A stretch of DNA of 64,000 nucleotides from assembly GCF_006345805.1 (NCBI RefSeq), contig NC_043015.1, forward strand, positions 11,470,001-11,534,000, given 5' to 3'. This document shows, piece by piece, positions 53,262 through 64,000 of the stretch. The notes under the pieces are model-generated. The model made no database searches and had not been told where the DNA came from. It saw only the letters and a program-made list of their open reading frames with translations. Position 1 is the stretch's first letter. Every line of letters begins with the position of its first letter. Both the position numbers and the translations under genes were made by a program. The DNA is from Octopus sinensis. Taxonomy: Eukaryota.

Positions 53262-53548
53262 ATATATATCACAAAACAGGACCAGATACTGCAACAGCTT
53301 GGGTTTCAGAGGACCACAGCTCTTCAATATCCTTTCTAAATGCCTGAGAGACCTGCATGGTGTGGACGTGGTTTTCTTTAAAACTAAACTGGATTTCTTC
53401 TTGTCAGGGGTCCCAGATGAACCTACCTCTCGGCAGGAAAACAGACGCGGACAGCGATATCGAACTCCCTTGTTGATCAAGTGCCACGTATCAGAGGTGG
53501 TTTCACGTATTAGTGTAGCTCATTCAACGGTGGTGCTCCAGCATGGCA
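53262..53548 (+). mobile_element. CR1/L2-group LINE 3' end
   Basis: RYCNSLGFRGPQLFNILSKCLRDLHGVDVVFFKTKLDFFLSGVPDEP matches the NS...GP.LFN.L...FK..LD.FL..VPD.P C-terminus; tail ggtggtgctccagcatggcagcagcc. Confidence 0.8.
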
Positions 53549-54101
53549 GCAGCCTTCGGGCTTAAACATTTTTAAGGATGTAAGGATTTATATATATATC
53601 CGTATTTATATATACGGATATATGTGATACCCTCGTCTTTTTTTTTAATTTGCCTTGCTAGGAATACCTCGACCTATACTTTTTATTCATTTATTTATTA
53701 TCACTATTATTTTTCTTTATACTTTATCTATCTATATATACAGGATGTATCTTATGATTTCAACGATGGAAGTTTTATAAACCTTATGTCTATTTTTCAT
53801 TTTATAAATCCCTGATTGAAATTTTATATATTTCTCCATTCTATTTTTTAGTGGTTTTATTTGTTTTATATTACATTTTGTATTTTGTATACATAAATAC
53901 ACTCGTATATGCTGGTGTAACATTCTATGATTTGCGAAAGAGTTCTAACTTCTCTCTAGACTTAATCATGTTAAAATAAAATGCAATATGTTTTTTTATA
54001 TTTATACTTTTTAGTTATTTGTAATTTAATAATTATAATATATTCTTTATATATATATATATATATATATATGATATTTATGTGTATATATATAATATTT
54101 G

Positions 54102-54150
<49 letters not shown>

Positions 54151-54469
54151 ATATATATATATATATATATACGTTGGACATTTTGTATATAATTACATCT
54201 TCCCAAGGTTTCTTAAATAAGTTTATCTATTTTTTTGTCTTCAATCCCTGATTTTCATTCACAAGAGTACGTGTACCTCTTTCTCGGATGAAATATGAAT
54301 TTAATTATAGGTTGATTGTTAAATGCTTTTATCATGACCACCTTAATAATTTTCTAGGATGCGGCATTATGAGGCTTCTATTTTATATTAAAATGTACTC
54401 AAAATTTTTAAATTGGTTTTATATAAATATTTCTGCATTATATTGTTTGAGTTTTTATACTGATACATA

Positions 54470-54512
<43 letters not shown>

Positions 54513-54588
54513 GTATGCATGTATGTATATATGTAGGTATGTATGCATGTACGTATATATTTACATAAGAGATATATATATATATATA

Positions 54589-56057
54589 TCTTATTATAAA
54601 AGGCAGATTTTATCTGCCTCCCTTTGTAAGTTATAGAAATCTACAATATAGAATTTCTTCAATTACAATTTACCTAGCATTTTTAAGAGTAGAATGCATC
54701 GGGTCATGCCAGGTCCAGCTTTTAAAATTTAAGCTCCAATTAAGCAAAATTTACAGAAAACTCACATTCTGGTGTGTATGTCAAATGCTTTTCTTAGTCT
54801 GGTTTACAGCACACGCAAACGCACACACACAGTGTGCAACGAATAAAATGAAAGTAAATAGCGACAGAGTGATTTGAGGAAGACTAAACTGAAAGTATTT
54901 AAACCACTACTCAAAAAATAAAAAAACACAGCAAACAGAAACAAATAAATACATAACGATTTACTCCTCGCACAATTTCTTCAATTAGAGTGTACCCATG
55001 ATTTTTCAGAGTACTTCAGTGGGTGATGCCATAAAAAATTTCTTTCATTTTACCACCAATTAAGACAAAATTCGAGAAAACTCAATATTTTAGCATTTCA
55101 CTCCGAAAGCATTGATGTACATGTGTGCGTGCGTGAGTGTGTGTGTGTGGTGTGTGTGTGTTGTGTGTGTGTGTGTGTGTTTGATGGGTTGTGCGACACA
55201 GAAAGTGTGGTGTGTAAGTGAAGTGCTTTTGTTAGTGTGTGTAAAGAGACAGACAGAGTGAAAGACAGAAATAAGCGCGCGTAATTGAAAGTTTTCACTA
55301 TGATATCATCACGTGCGAAAAAATTCGAAGGGTTTTGAACAATTGAGATACAGATGTCACGCCTGTATTGAAACCATTGCTAAGCTGCCGTAATTGCTTA
55401 ATAAGACTTTGTTTAAATTTAAAGGGGCAAATATGTGACGAGGTTGAAAAAAAATACCCCAGAAAAAAAATATACTGCTGGTATTATATAATTCACTACT
55501 ATTTTGCTACAATGTCATGAAAAAGAAAAAAATAGGTATGTAAATCGAATTCGCCACCCCCTTTTCCCCGTTCGCGTGTTGTGTAAAGAAAATTATTATT
55601 TAAGTTTTAAAAATTATTTACTTTGTTCAAAAATATTAATATTAATTAATTTTCAAGAATTATTTAATTTTATTCTGTAAAATAGTAATTAATTCATTTA
55701 TCTGTAAATCCGCGAGGTTGTTACTCAGGCACCTAGAATGGTAACCTTCAACTAACACTATCTCCTCTGAGACCCTGCGGCGCAAGTTGACCAAAATTGA
55801 GAGTATGGTAGAAGAAGGGTTGCTCTTCCTTCCGTAGAACATAAAATTCAAATTGGACCATGTTAACACCAAAAATTATTTACATCAAAAAGATGCTTTT
55901 TTCTATGAAAATCCCTATTTTTTACGATTTTTTCACTGCTGTGTCGCCACTTTTCGGTGTATTTCGACCAGAAAAATGTTCACAAAATTTTTACTTTTCA
56001 AAATTACAATTCCAGCGGGGCGAAACAAACCCGAGCAACGCCGGGCGATACTACTAG
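54589..56057 (+). mobile_element. Non-autonomous Helitron (1469 bp)
   Basis: A|TC start inside (TA)n; ends acaaacccgagcaacgccgggcgatactaCTAG|T, the same hairpin end as the 21587 and 59704 copies; body unrelated to them. Confidence 0.85.
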
Positions 56058-56106
56058 TATATATATATATATATACGCGAGAAAGAAGCAACAAGAATGG
56101 ATAGGT

Positions 56107-56197
56107 TTTTAGTACAATCGTTTCATACAAGGACAGGCTTTATTAAAAGTTGTAAAAATTACAGCATATAAACGTGTCCCGTACTCATCAGCTAAAA
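56107..56197 (-). ncRNA. Type I hammerhead ribozyme, left-arm copy
   Basis: Exact reverse complement of 57616-57706; the predicted cleavage nucleotide A17 is at 56113. Confidence 0.8.
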
Positions 56198-57615
56198 TAC
56201 ATGTGAGTTCTCTAGACATCCTAGTGGTTGAGGCTATACTCATGAAGTAATGTAGATAATTAAGTAACATAAACAGATTTCCAAAGTTCATTAAAGTTCT
56301 TTAAAGATGATGTACAGTCTTATCACAGAATTTTAAAAAAGTTTTAATAGCATCACAGAGAAGGTGACCTAATCCATAGAGCACATATGAATTTCCAGAG
56401 ATATGATGAGGGATTATATACTCACAGAAGACAAATTTATCCATTGTTAATCACAACGAGGTGGGTCTCAATTCCTGCTTATTAGCATTACAGAGAGGGT
56501 GAATTAATCCTTTGTATAGATGCACAATTTCCAATGGTGTAGATGTAAGTTTCCAGAGAAATGAAGAGGAATTTCATATTCACAGGCGATAAATTTATCA
56601 ATGGTTGAACACAATGAGGTAGGTATCAATTCTTGTTATATGATTAGGTATTTGCCACATTAATCACATTACTGCTATTTACAAGAGGCTGTAGCTATTT
56701 AACTTTTAAAGGCTGAAGGGCTTTCTAGAGAGGCAAAGAATAGAAAGGGAAGGGAATAGAAGAAAAGAGAGGAAATAAAGGATGAGGGAGCAAAAAGGGG
56801 GGGGAAGGGGACTAAAAGAGAAGAGAAAAGGAAAAAGAGAATAAGAAGAAGAAAAAGAAAAAAGAGGAAAGAGAAAGAAATAGGGAAAGAAGGGAAAAAA
56901 GAAAAAAAGAGGGTTCTAGTTATACAGAAGAATTAGTAGACGGCAAGTCTGGTTTTAATTTACAGGCATCTAGGAACTAGAGGAGAATATTATTCTTTGG
57001 CCAGTAAAACAGCTAATTTTTGCTCCCTCCTACTTTATTTTCTCTCTTTTCTTCTATTCCCTTCCCTTTCTATTCTTTGCCTCTCTAGAAAGCCCTTCAG
57101 CCTTTAAAAGTTAAATAGCTACAGCCTCTTGTAAATAGCAGTAATGTGATTAATGTGGCAAATACCTAATCATATAACAAGAATTGATACCTACCTCATT
57201 GTGTTCAACCATTGATAAATTTATCGCCTGTGAATATGAAATTCCTCTTCATTTCTCTGGAAACTTACATCTACACCATTGGAAATTGTGCATCTATACA
57301 AAGGATTAATTCACCCTCTCTGTAATGCTAATAAGCAGGAATTGAGACCCACCTCATTGTGATTAACAATGGATAAATTTGTCTTCTGTGAGTATATAAT
57401 CCCTCATCATATCTCTGGAAATTCATATGTGCTCTATGGATTAGGTCACCTTCTCTGTGATGCTATTAAAACTTTTTTAAAATTCTGTGATAAGACTGTA
57501 CATCATCTTTAAAGAACTTTAATGAACTTTGGAAATCTGTTTATGTTACTTAATTATCTACATTACTTCATGAGTATAGCCTCAACCACTAGGATGTCTA
57601 GAGAACTCACATGTA

Positions 57616-57706
57616 TTTTAGCTGATGAGTACGGGACACGTTTATATGCTGTAATTTTTACAACTTTTAATAAAGCCTGTCCTTGTATGAAACGATTGTA
57701 CTAAAA
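57616..57706 (+). ncRNA. Type I hammerhead ribozyme, right-arm copy
   Basis: Stem I TTTTAG(57616-21)/CTAAAA(57701-06); CTGATGA 57622-28; long stem II GTACG-GGACA.../...TGTCC-TT-GTAT with inner TTTAT/ATAAA and TGTAA/TTACA helices; GAAA 57689-92; stem III AC-gatt-GT; GUA triplet, predicted cut after 57700. Confidence 0.8.
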
Positions 57707-59703
57707 ACCTATCCATTCTTGTTGCTTCTTTCTCGCTTATAATCACCCCACATTACTGTATTGTTAAAACAGTATAGTTTTTTTTTGGTGCATTTAAGTT
57801 AGGTACCATATTCAAGTAAATTCATTTAAATTAACTTGAATCTTTATTGCTTTTTATATATATATATATATATACACGCATATATATATATATATATATA
57901 TAATATATATATATATATATTATATATATATATATATATAATATACATATATATATATATATATATATAGATACATATATATATATATAATATGTATATG
58001 ATATATATTGTAGTAAAAATTTTCTAAAATCTTTTTTACCCATATATGATTAATTATTGAACATTTTTTCTGGATAATTTTCGAAATAACGCTGGTAATA
58101 ATATTTGGTTGATAACTAATAACGATTTAGGGACGTTCTATGTCTCTGTCCTGTCCGGTTGTACACTCAGTATACGATTTTTTACCTGTTGTTCTTTATT
58201 TCCAATGCATTTTTTCGTTTAAGTTTCGCATCATTAATAGCTGCAGTGAAAGCAACTAAAGCAGCACAGAGTGAACATACGAAAGTAAAAAAAAATAATA
58301 TAATTTACGACGATGGACAAAGACGAAATGGTTAAGAAACGGGGAAAATACAGGGTTAGGGCAAAAAAGACAATAAAGGTTAGTAACGCTTAGAAAACAT
58401 CGTAAAGGATATAGAAAACAGCAAATGGCAAGACATAGACATTTTTTTACGACCGGTCAGCTAGGCATCTGGCGTGAGAAAGGGAGAGAATGAAAGGATG
58501 AAATGAAAGCTGGCCACGGGTCATGTGTCAGCAGCAGGTAGAGGAGGAAGAGGGCAAGAGAGAGAGAAAAGAGGATATATATATAAAGAGAGAGAGCGGC
58601 AGAGAGAAAACGAGGGAAATTTTCCTTTACCAACGGAATTTTGCACTAAGGAAATATAACGTAACATCCTAGTTGTTGTTTTGTCTTTCTTACATCTAGA
58701 TTCATTTCTTTCTTTTCAAAATCGCACAGTATTGGCAAATTTTAACATAAAATGTCACGCAAGGCTTCCCGCAAACTCCTCCACGGTAATACAGTTGCGA
58801 CAAAATATCTCTTCGCAACTAGTATGTGTACCGATGGAAAGCATTTTAGGAACTGAAAGCAAACAATAAAATTATTAACCATACCAAGACGCTATTATCA
58901 GTTACGGTGTATCAGTGCTAAGCATTTATGTGCATAAATACAAACTTCTTACCAGTTCAAATATGTTTGGGGAAAATAATGGAACGAAATGTTGAATATA
59001 TTTTTGAGATAGACAGTGACACTTAAAATGACGAGTTGATTACGGATAGACCGTATGTTATTATAAGTCTGTTCAATCAGGCGTGGCAAGATCATAAGCA
59101 ACAAAAATGAATAATATTTGCATTTTGTATGAACTACAGTTAGTACCGCATTTTTCTAAAGAGAAGGCTGTGTCTATAAGTCGTGTCTTAAAATACAAAT
59201 CGTGTTGTATGGCAAAATGGATACTATTTAGTTTCAACCAATTTATATTCCGTGGTCAAATGTTATCGAGGTAATTTTGACTTTCGTCATTCATTCATAG
59301 ACGCTCAATAAAAATCTGTGAAATATTGAAATCGAATAAAATCCCCCGTTACCAAAATATGTAACTTGTGATTACCATATATAAAGCAGCTACTGTTTTA
59401 AATCTCTTAAGGTTTCATTCAGGAGAACATTCCGCCCCACGTCTATAATTGAGTCTCCACCTTTTCCCTTTCTATGCTACTATACTGGATTCATTTCTTT
59501 CTTTCAAAATTGCATAGTCTTGGCAAAGCTTAACATGAAAAATAGTTTCAGCTCCTAAAATAGGTTCCATCGGAAAGAAATGAATCCTTTCTATACTTTT
59601 CCGTTCCTATCCTACCATGGCGGCCTCTGCTTTTGGGAGATGATTGAATTCGAGGAGGCCCGTTCACAACTACTCCATTCATCTCTTCTCATTTTCTAAT
59701 CCA

Positions 59704-60211
59704 CTAGCAGTATCGCCCGGCGTTGCTCGGGTTTGTAAGGGAAATAACTATATAAGCATTTTTAGAGAGTTACTCCCCTTACAGATGCCAATTCGGGCTT
59801 TCTTAACCATTTCTGTTTTGGTGTCAAGCCATGAAGTCGTTGTTCTAAAAGAACGCTGGTCTCCTTGACAACGCTTTACGATGTTGATTTCCTTACACTC
59901 CCTTCCCCACAGCTTCACGAGGGAGGGAAGAAGGGAGAAGCAAACAGGTGCAGGTGTGACCATGGACACCAACTCCGCCGCCTTCGACACACGAAAAATT
60001 ATGCATTAAAATGGAATAAAAAATGATGTTAAATTATTTTTAAAATCGTAGGCTCATTGTAGACGCGCGCTAATACGTAGACGGGCTCGATATGAATCAC
60101 GACTATAAGATACCCGAATTTGGTTAAACTGCACCGCAAAATGTGGGAGTAGTTAGGAATCTAAATCGAAGGGGACAGACACTCACACAACTACAGTTTT
60201 ATATATATAGA
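59704..60211 (-). mobile_element. Non-autonomous Helitron (508 bp), same family as 21587-21984
   Basis: Reverse complement has A|TC...hairpin cccgagcaacgccggg...CTAG|T. The 5' ~200 bp and the 3' end match the 21587 copy; it has an extra ~200-bp GC-richer interior. Confidence 0.88.
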
Positions 60212-61329
60212 TATTCATGTGTATCTGAATCACTTCTACTTGCATTATAATATATACATTCTCCTCAGTACCTTCTCTCCAGAATACCATATAATTGGAA
60301 TTCACTTCCTTGGCATTCTCCTTTTGTTGCTGTTGTTGTTGTGTTTCAAACCGCCATATTCTAACAGTATATGAACCACGACGTTCTCATAGATATCAGA
60401 GCGTTCCTGAAGGTCTTGGGTTATGACCTCTTCCTCTAAACTAAATGAACTGCTAAAGGTGATTTATAACAAAACACAGGAAACACACCTCGATGAATGC
60501 AATGCTAATGAGAAGGTCAAAAATTTATCAATGGTTCCCTTAGTTTATTCGATTGATATTCGTACAAAACGGAAACATATTCTCTCATTTCCATCGGGTA
60601 TGTTAAGGGCGACGGTATGGATCTTTTCATTTTCTTCCAGCGACTTGGGGGTTTTTCAATTCTCAAGGGAATTTTTTTCAGATTTTCAATACTGATGAAA
60701 TTTTGCATGCTAAGAAATATCGCGTTCATTTTTTCACAAAGTTAATAATAAACAAAATAGAAGCATTTAAAATTATATAGCTTTAGCCAATAAAATGAGT
60801 CCAGTGTCGTTACAAACGAAAGTCGAAACTGGGTTGTCATGACAACGGAGAATCGTTGTAAATGAAGACAAGAAGGCATCTTGAAAATTGAATTCATTTT
60901 CATGAAAAAGAATCTACTGAAAGCATACAAACACAAACGGAGGCCTTTTTTAAAAAGATAGCTTAATGAATGAGAACAAAACAAACGAAGAGGAGGGTTG
61001 TTTTCTTTAAAGAATTTAATGAAACAAAATATTGATGAAATAATGAATAGTTTCTTTTTTTATACAACATCTTTCATTGTTTTCTGCAAACCACTTGAAG
61101 CTTTATACAATTAGATAATTAATAATATTTTTGACATACGCACAGGTCTTGCTTCCGAGCTGCTGCTAGAAATAATAGCCGAAATGGAACGACAAAAACA
61201 TTGCACAACACTGCACTGTAAATAAAACAAAATGTTTATGGAATTTAGCAATATAGCGAAATGTTATGAATTTAACGAAATTGAGCTATGAATTCCAGTA
61301 TCTTTTCAAACAAATTATATTTTTCATAC

Positions 61330-61387
61330 CTGCGGCGTTACATAATATCGCAGACAGGTGTGTCCATTGTAAAACGATGAGTGCCAT
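61330..61387 (-). CDS. Candidate first coding exon (MALIVLQWTHLSAILCNAA-G), unverified
   Basis: gcaATGG context, 19 mostly hydrophobic codons, then a phase-1 donor CAG|GTATGA, in non-repetitive CpG-containing sequence. No downstream exon could be linked. Confidence 0.22.
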
Positions 61388-62959
61388 TGCACCGATCTTT
61401 CTACTTGTGAGTTTACAAACTCAAAACTGTGGTTCGCCGTTGTATGGTGAAATTGGTTCTCTGGTATTTCATGAATATGCGAGTATGCGCTCCACCGGCC
61501 AATGTAAATACGTGTTCTCGGTAGAACTGATTGATGAATGCAATCTTCAAACGTATTGCGATCTTGCGAAAGTAATTTCTCTAATTTTGCGTCTCACCAC
61601 CAATAACCCACTGTTTGTGTAGTATTACTCGACCTCGTCTGTACTTTCTTCTCCTAAAACTGTTTCTTTTATTTCAACAATTCTGCTGGAGCAATTAATC
61701 TTCATTGGATTGCGCAGGCCTTCTGCAAATAATTTTTATAACCTACTGCTGCAGTCATACTGATCCCCAGCCCATCCAGACAAAACCTAGTGGTTTTCAA
61801 CACAGCAGTAGATAAATATAATTAAACTTCTAAGTGGAAGGGTTCCTCGCTTCCAACCACGGGTTTCTTCTAATAGACACAGACGTCCGACGTTCTCCGC
61901 TACCACATCCCTGACATACGCATTCATGAAATGGTTAAAAATAAAATACGAAATGAAGCAAATTTGCCATAACAACAAACAGTGAGGACAGTGGCATAAA
62001 ATAGACTGATAAAACTACGTAAATGTAAGTGCTTCTAACGTCTTTATTATAAATATTCCAAAAGAATGAAGGCAATATTTGTCAAAAGCCGGCAAAACCA
62101 TACCATATTTATATAATTTGAAAATTTTCAGATTAATGTTTGAGGTTGGAAAAACGACAAATGACCAATGATAGTTTTAAAGAGATTTGAACCCATGATA
62201 ATGCTGGCTGAATTTAAATTATGTTAAGTGTTTACTACAACTAAATAACAGAAAGCAATTTTGATCAGTCACTGTAGTCAGTTATTAAATTATCAAAAAA
62301 TTATTTTAGAATGAAGGCATAACAAATTTGTGATAGTCATTCTTCCCTCGGGAAGAGGAGAGTTTTCAAACTGACAAAAATAAAGAGAAGAAAAAAAAAG
62401 ACAAGAAAAACAAACGGAGAATGACATCTCAGTCGCTGGTTCAATTCACCCAGCAGCCCTATCTCGATTCGACACTGCTGTCAGAATCGACGTAAAAAAT
62501 ATTTTCTATACAAAAGGATGATCACGGAAAACGGAAACCAGTTTCTTTGAAATATTTTATAATACAAAGGAAGAGGTAAAAAACGTGAACATAAGACAGG
62601 AAATTAAATGGTATCAACTTAAGTTATATATCTTCTACAGAAGTAGGGTTTCTTTACTATTATTTTCACATAATTTTTCTACTTTCGCTATATATTTTTA
62701 ATTTTGATTTCTTTTTCTTGTTCATATTTGACATTCAACTTTCATCGTTCTTTTGATTTATATTTTTATTCTTAGTCTTCATTTCATGTGTAAACCCTTT
62801 CAGATTTTCTGTATTATAACTTTTGTCCTTTTCCACTAACCTATCATTCTCGTCACCGTTTATTAACTTGTTTCTATCTTTCATTCCATGACATCCTGTG
62901 TGTTACCCCTTCTGATGTTAACCCATACAATGTCATGTATTGTTTTCTATTTGAAATTC

Positions 62960-63067
62960 TTTTATCTTTTTCTCATTTTCTTTCGTCCTCTCTCACTCTA
63001 TCTCTCTCTCCTTCCTTCAATATAAATATGTGTGTGCGTGCGCGCGCGTTTGAGCGTGTGTGCATAT

Positions 63068-63115
<48 letters not shown>

Positions 63116-63216
63116 ATATACATACATGCATATAAATATATTTATATATATATATATTATATATATATATATATATATGCACACACGCTCAAACGCACGC
63201 ACGCACACGCACACAC

Positions 63217-63253
<37 letters not shown>

Positions 63254-63368
63254 CATATTGTATATGCTCTGAATGAGCGTATGTATGAATATACCTATAC
63301 ATATATACATGTACATGTATATACATACCTACATCTATATATGTATTTCATCATATATGCATAAATGC

Positions 63369-63421
<53 letters not shown>

Positions 63422-63619
63422 AATGCACACATATTTTCACTCAGGATTCACTGTTTCCAACTCACTAGTTTCCTCACCACTCTTCATTTTCTTGTTCTTT
63501 TGTTCAATGTTTCTTTCTACGCTGCGTTTCATGCATTCACATGCACGTATGTGTGTATGCATGTATTTATTTACGTATGTATGTATGCATATATATTTGT
63601 CTATATATGTTTGTGTGTG

Positions 63620-63666
<47 letters not shown>

Positions 63667-63740
63667 GAGTCTTAGTCTTTTGTCTTTTTGTAAATTCCAA
63701 CTATACATATGTGTGTGTGTGTGTGTGTGTACATACACAC
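62960..63740. repeat. Compound (TA)n/(CA)n/(GT)n microsatellite field
   Basis: Seen directly. Confidence 0.95.
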
Positions 63741-63742
63741 AA

Positions 63743-64000
63743 ATACGCGGTAATATCAAAGAGTTCCGGGACTAGTTATGTTTAATGAAAACCAACATAT
63801 TTACCTCGGTTTTCACATCCTCGCTTCGAAATAGTCACCTTCCACAGCAATAAACCCGTCCCAGCGTCCCTGCCACTTTTGGAATCCGGCCTGGATGTCC
63901 TTCTCCGTAAGCAAGTCGAAGACCTTCTGCCATTCGCTCTTGATCCCGGCAACAGCGTTAAAACAATAGCATTTGAGCATCTGAGAAATAGGATGCGATA
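63743..64000 (-). mobile_element. Mariner element 3' end (continues beyond the window)
   Basis: Reverse complement HPISQMLKCYCFNAVAGIKSEWQKVFDLLTEKDIQAGFQKWQGRWDGFIAVEGDYFE; TIR-like tacgcggtaatatcaaagagttccgggac resembles the termini at 19996 and 20614. Confidence 0.82.

Larger units (their letters stand above)
56077..57736. repeat. Foldback element: 720-bp inverted arms (56077-56796 / 57017-57736) with 220-bp spacer
   Basis: Manual alignment gives 4 mismatches (left-arm positions 56457, 56772, 56781, 56783). The spacer begins with a ~120-bp polypurine tract. Confidence 0.97.

Noticed and set aside
56344-56635. Possible C2H2 zinc-finger (TGEK-like) origin of the tandem unit in the foldback arms
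   Set aside because: There is no CxxC...HxxxH spacing, stops occur in the candidate frames, and differences between units are not clearly biased to synonymous sites.
56109-57704. Two identical 60-aa ORFs (MNFGNLFMLL...) on opposite strands
   Set aside because: They follow trivially from the inverted duplication, are short, have no recognisable domain and overlap the ribozyme.
60687-60730. CTGATGA...GAAA on the plus strand
   Set aside because: No stem II or stem I pairing; a chance match.
61266-61622. 118-aa plus-strand ORF
   Set aside because: No recognisable domain or splice context; it may be the shadow of open frames on the minus strand.

Overview
This is AT-rich metazoan intronic or intergenic DNA, full of microsatellites and decayed transposable elements. 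The SINE, Helitron and MITE families look to me like octopus (cephalopod) repeats; that is recognition from memory, not a database result. I found no confidently supported host protein-coding gene, tRNA/rRNA gene or CRISPR array, and most ORFs in the supplied track are translations of simple repeats. Identifiable content: two Penelope-like (PLE) RT elements plus PLE terminal fragments, several R4/Dong-type RLE non-LTR fragments in (TAA)n/(AGT)n tracts, one young 5'-truncated RTE insertion with a 13-bp TSD, a CR1/L2-like 3' end, four mariner relics, three non-autonomous Helitrons sharing one 3' end, palindromic MITEs and four tRNA-headed SINE families. The most striking signal is a recurring architecture of inverted repeats that carry outward-facing hammerhead ribozyme (HHR) motifs. 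One is a 1.66-kb ORF-less foldback (56077-57736; 720-bp arms, 4 mismatches) with an intact type I HHR core in each arm. The second is a ~290-bp near-perfect hairpin (37093-37381) with an unrelated HHR-like motif in each arm. The third is the inverted-plus-direct pLTR pair at the 5' end of the Penelope element at 40195-43200. A separate highlight is a promoter-like cassette at 18881-19370 with six ATTGG-N12-TGACGTC modules followed by a TATA box and an Inr-like motif.
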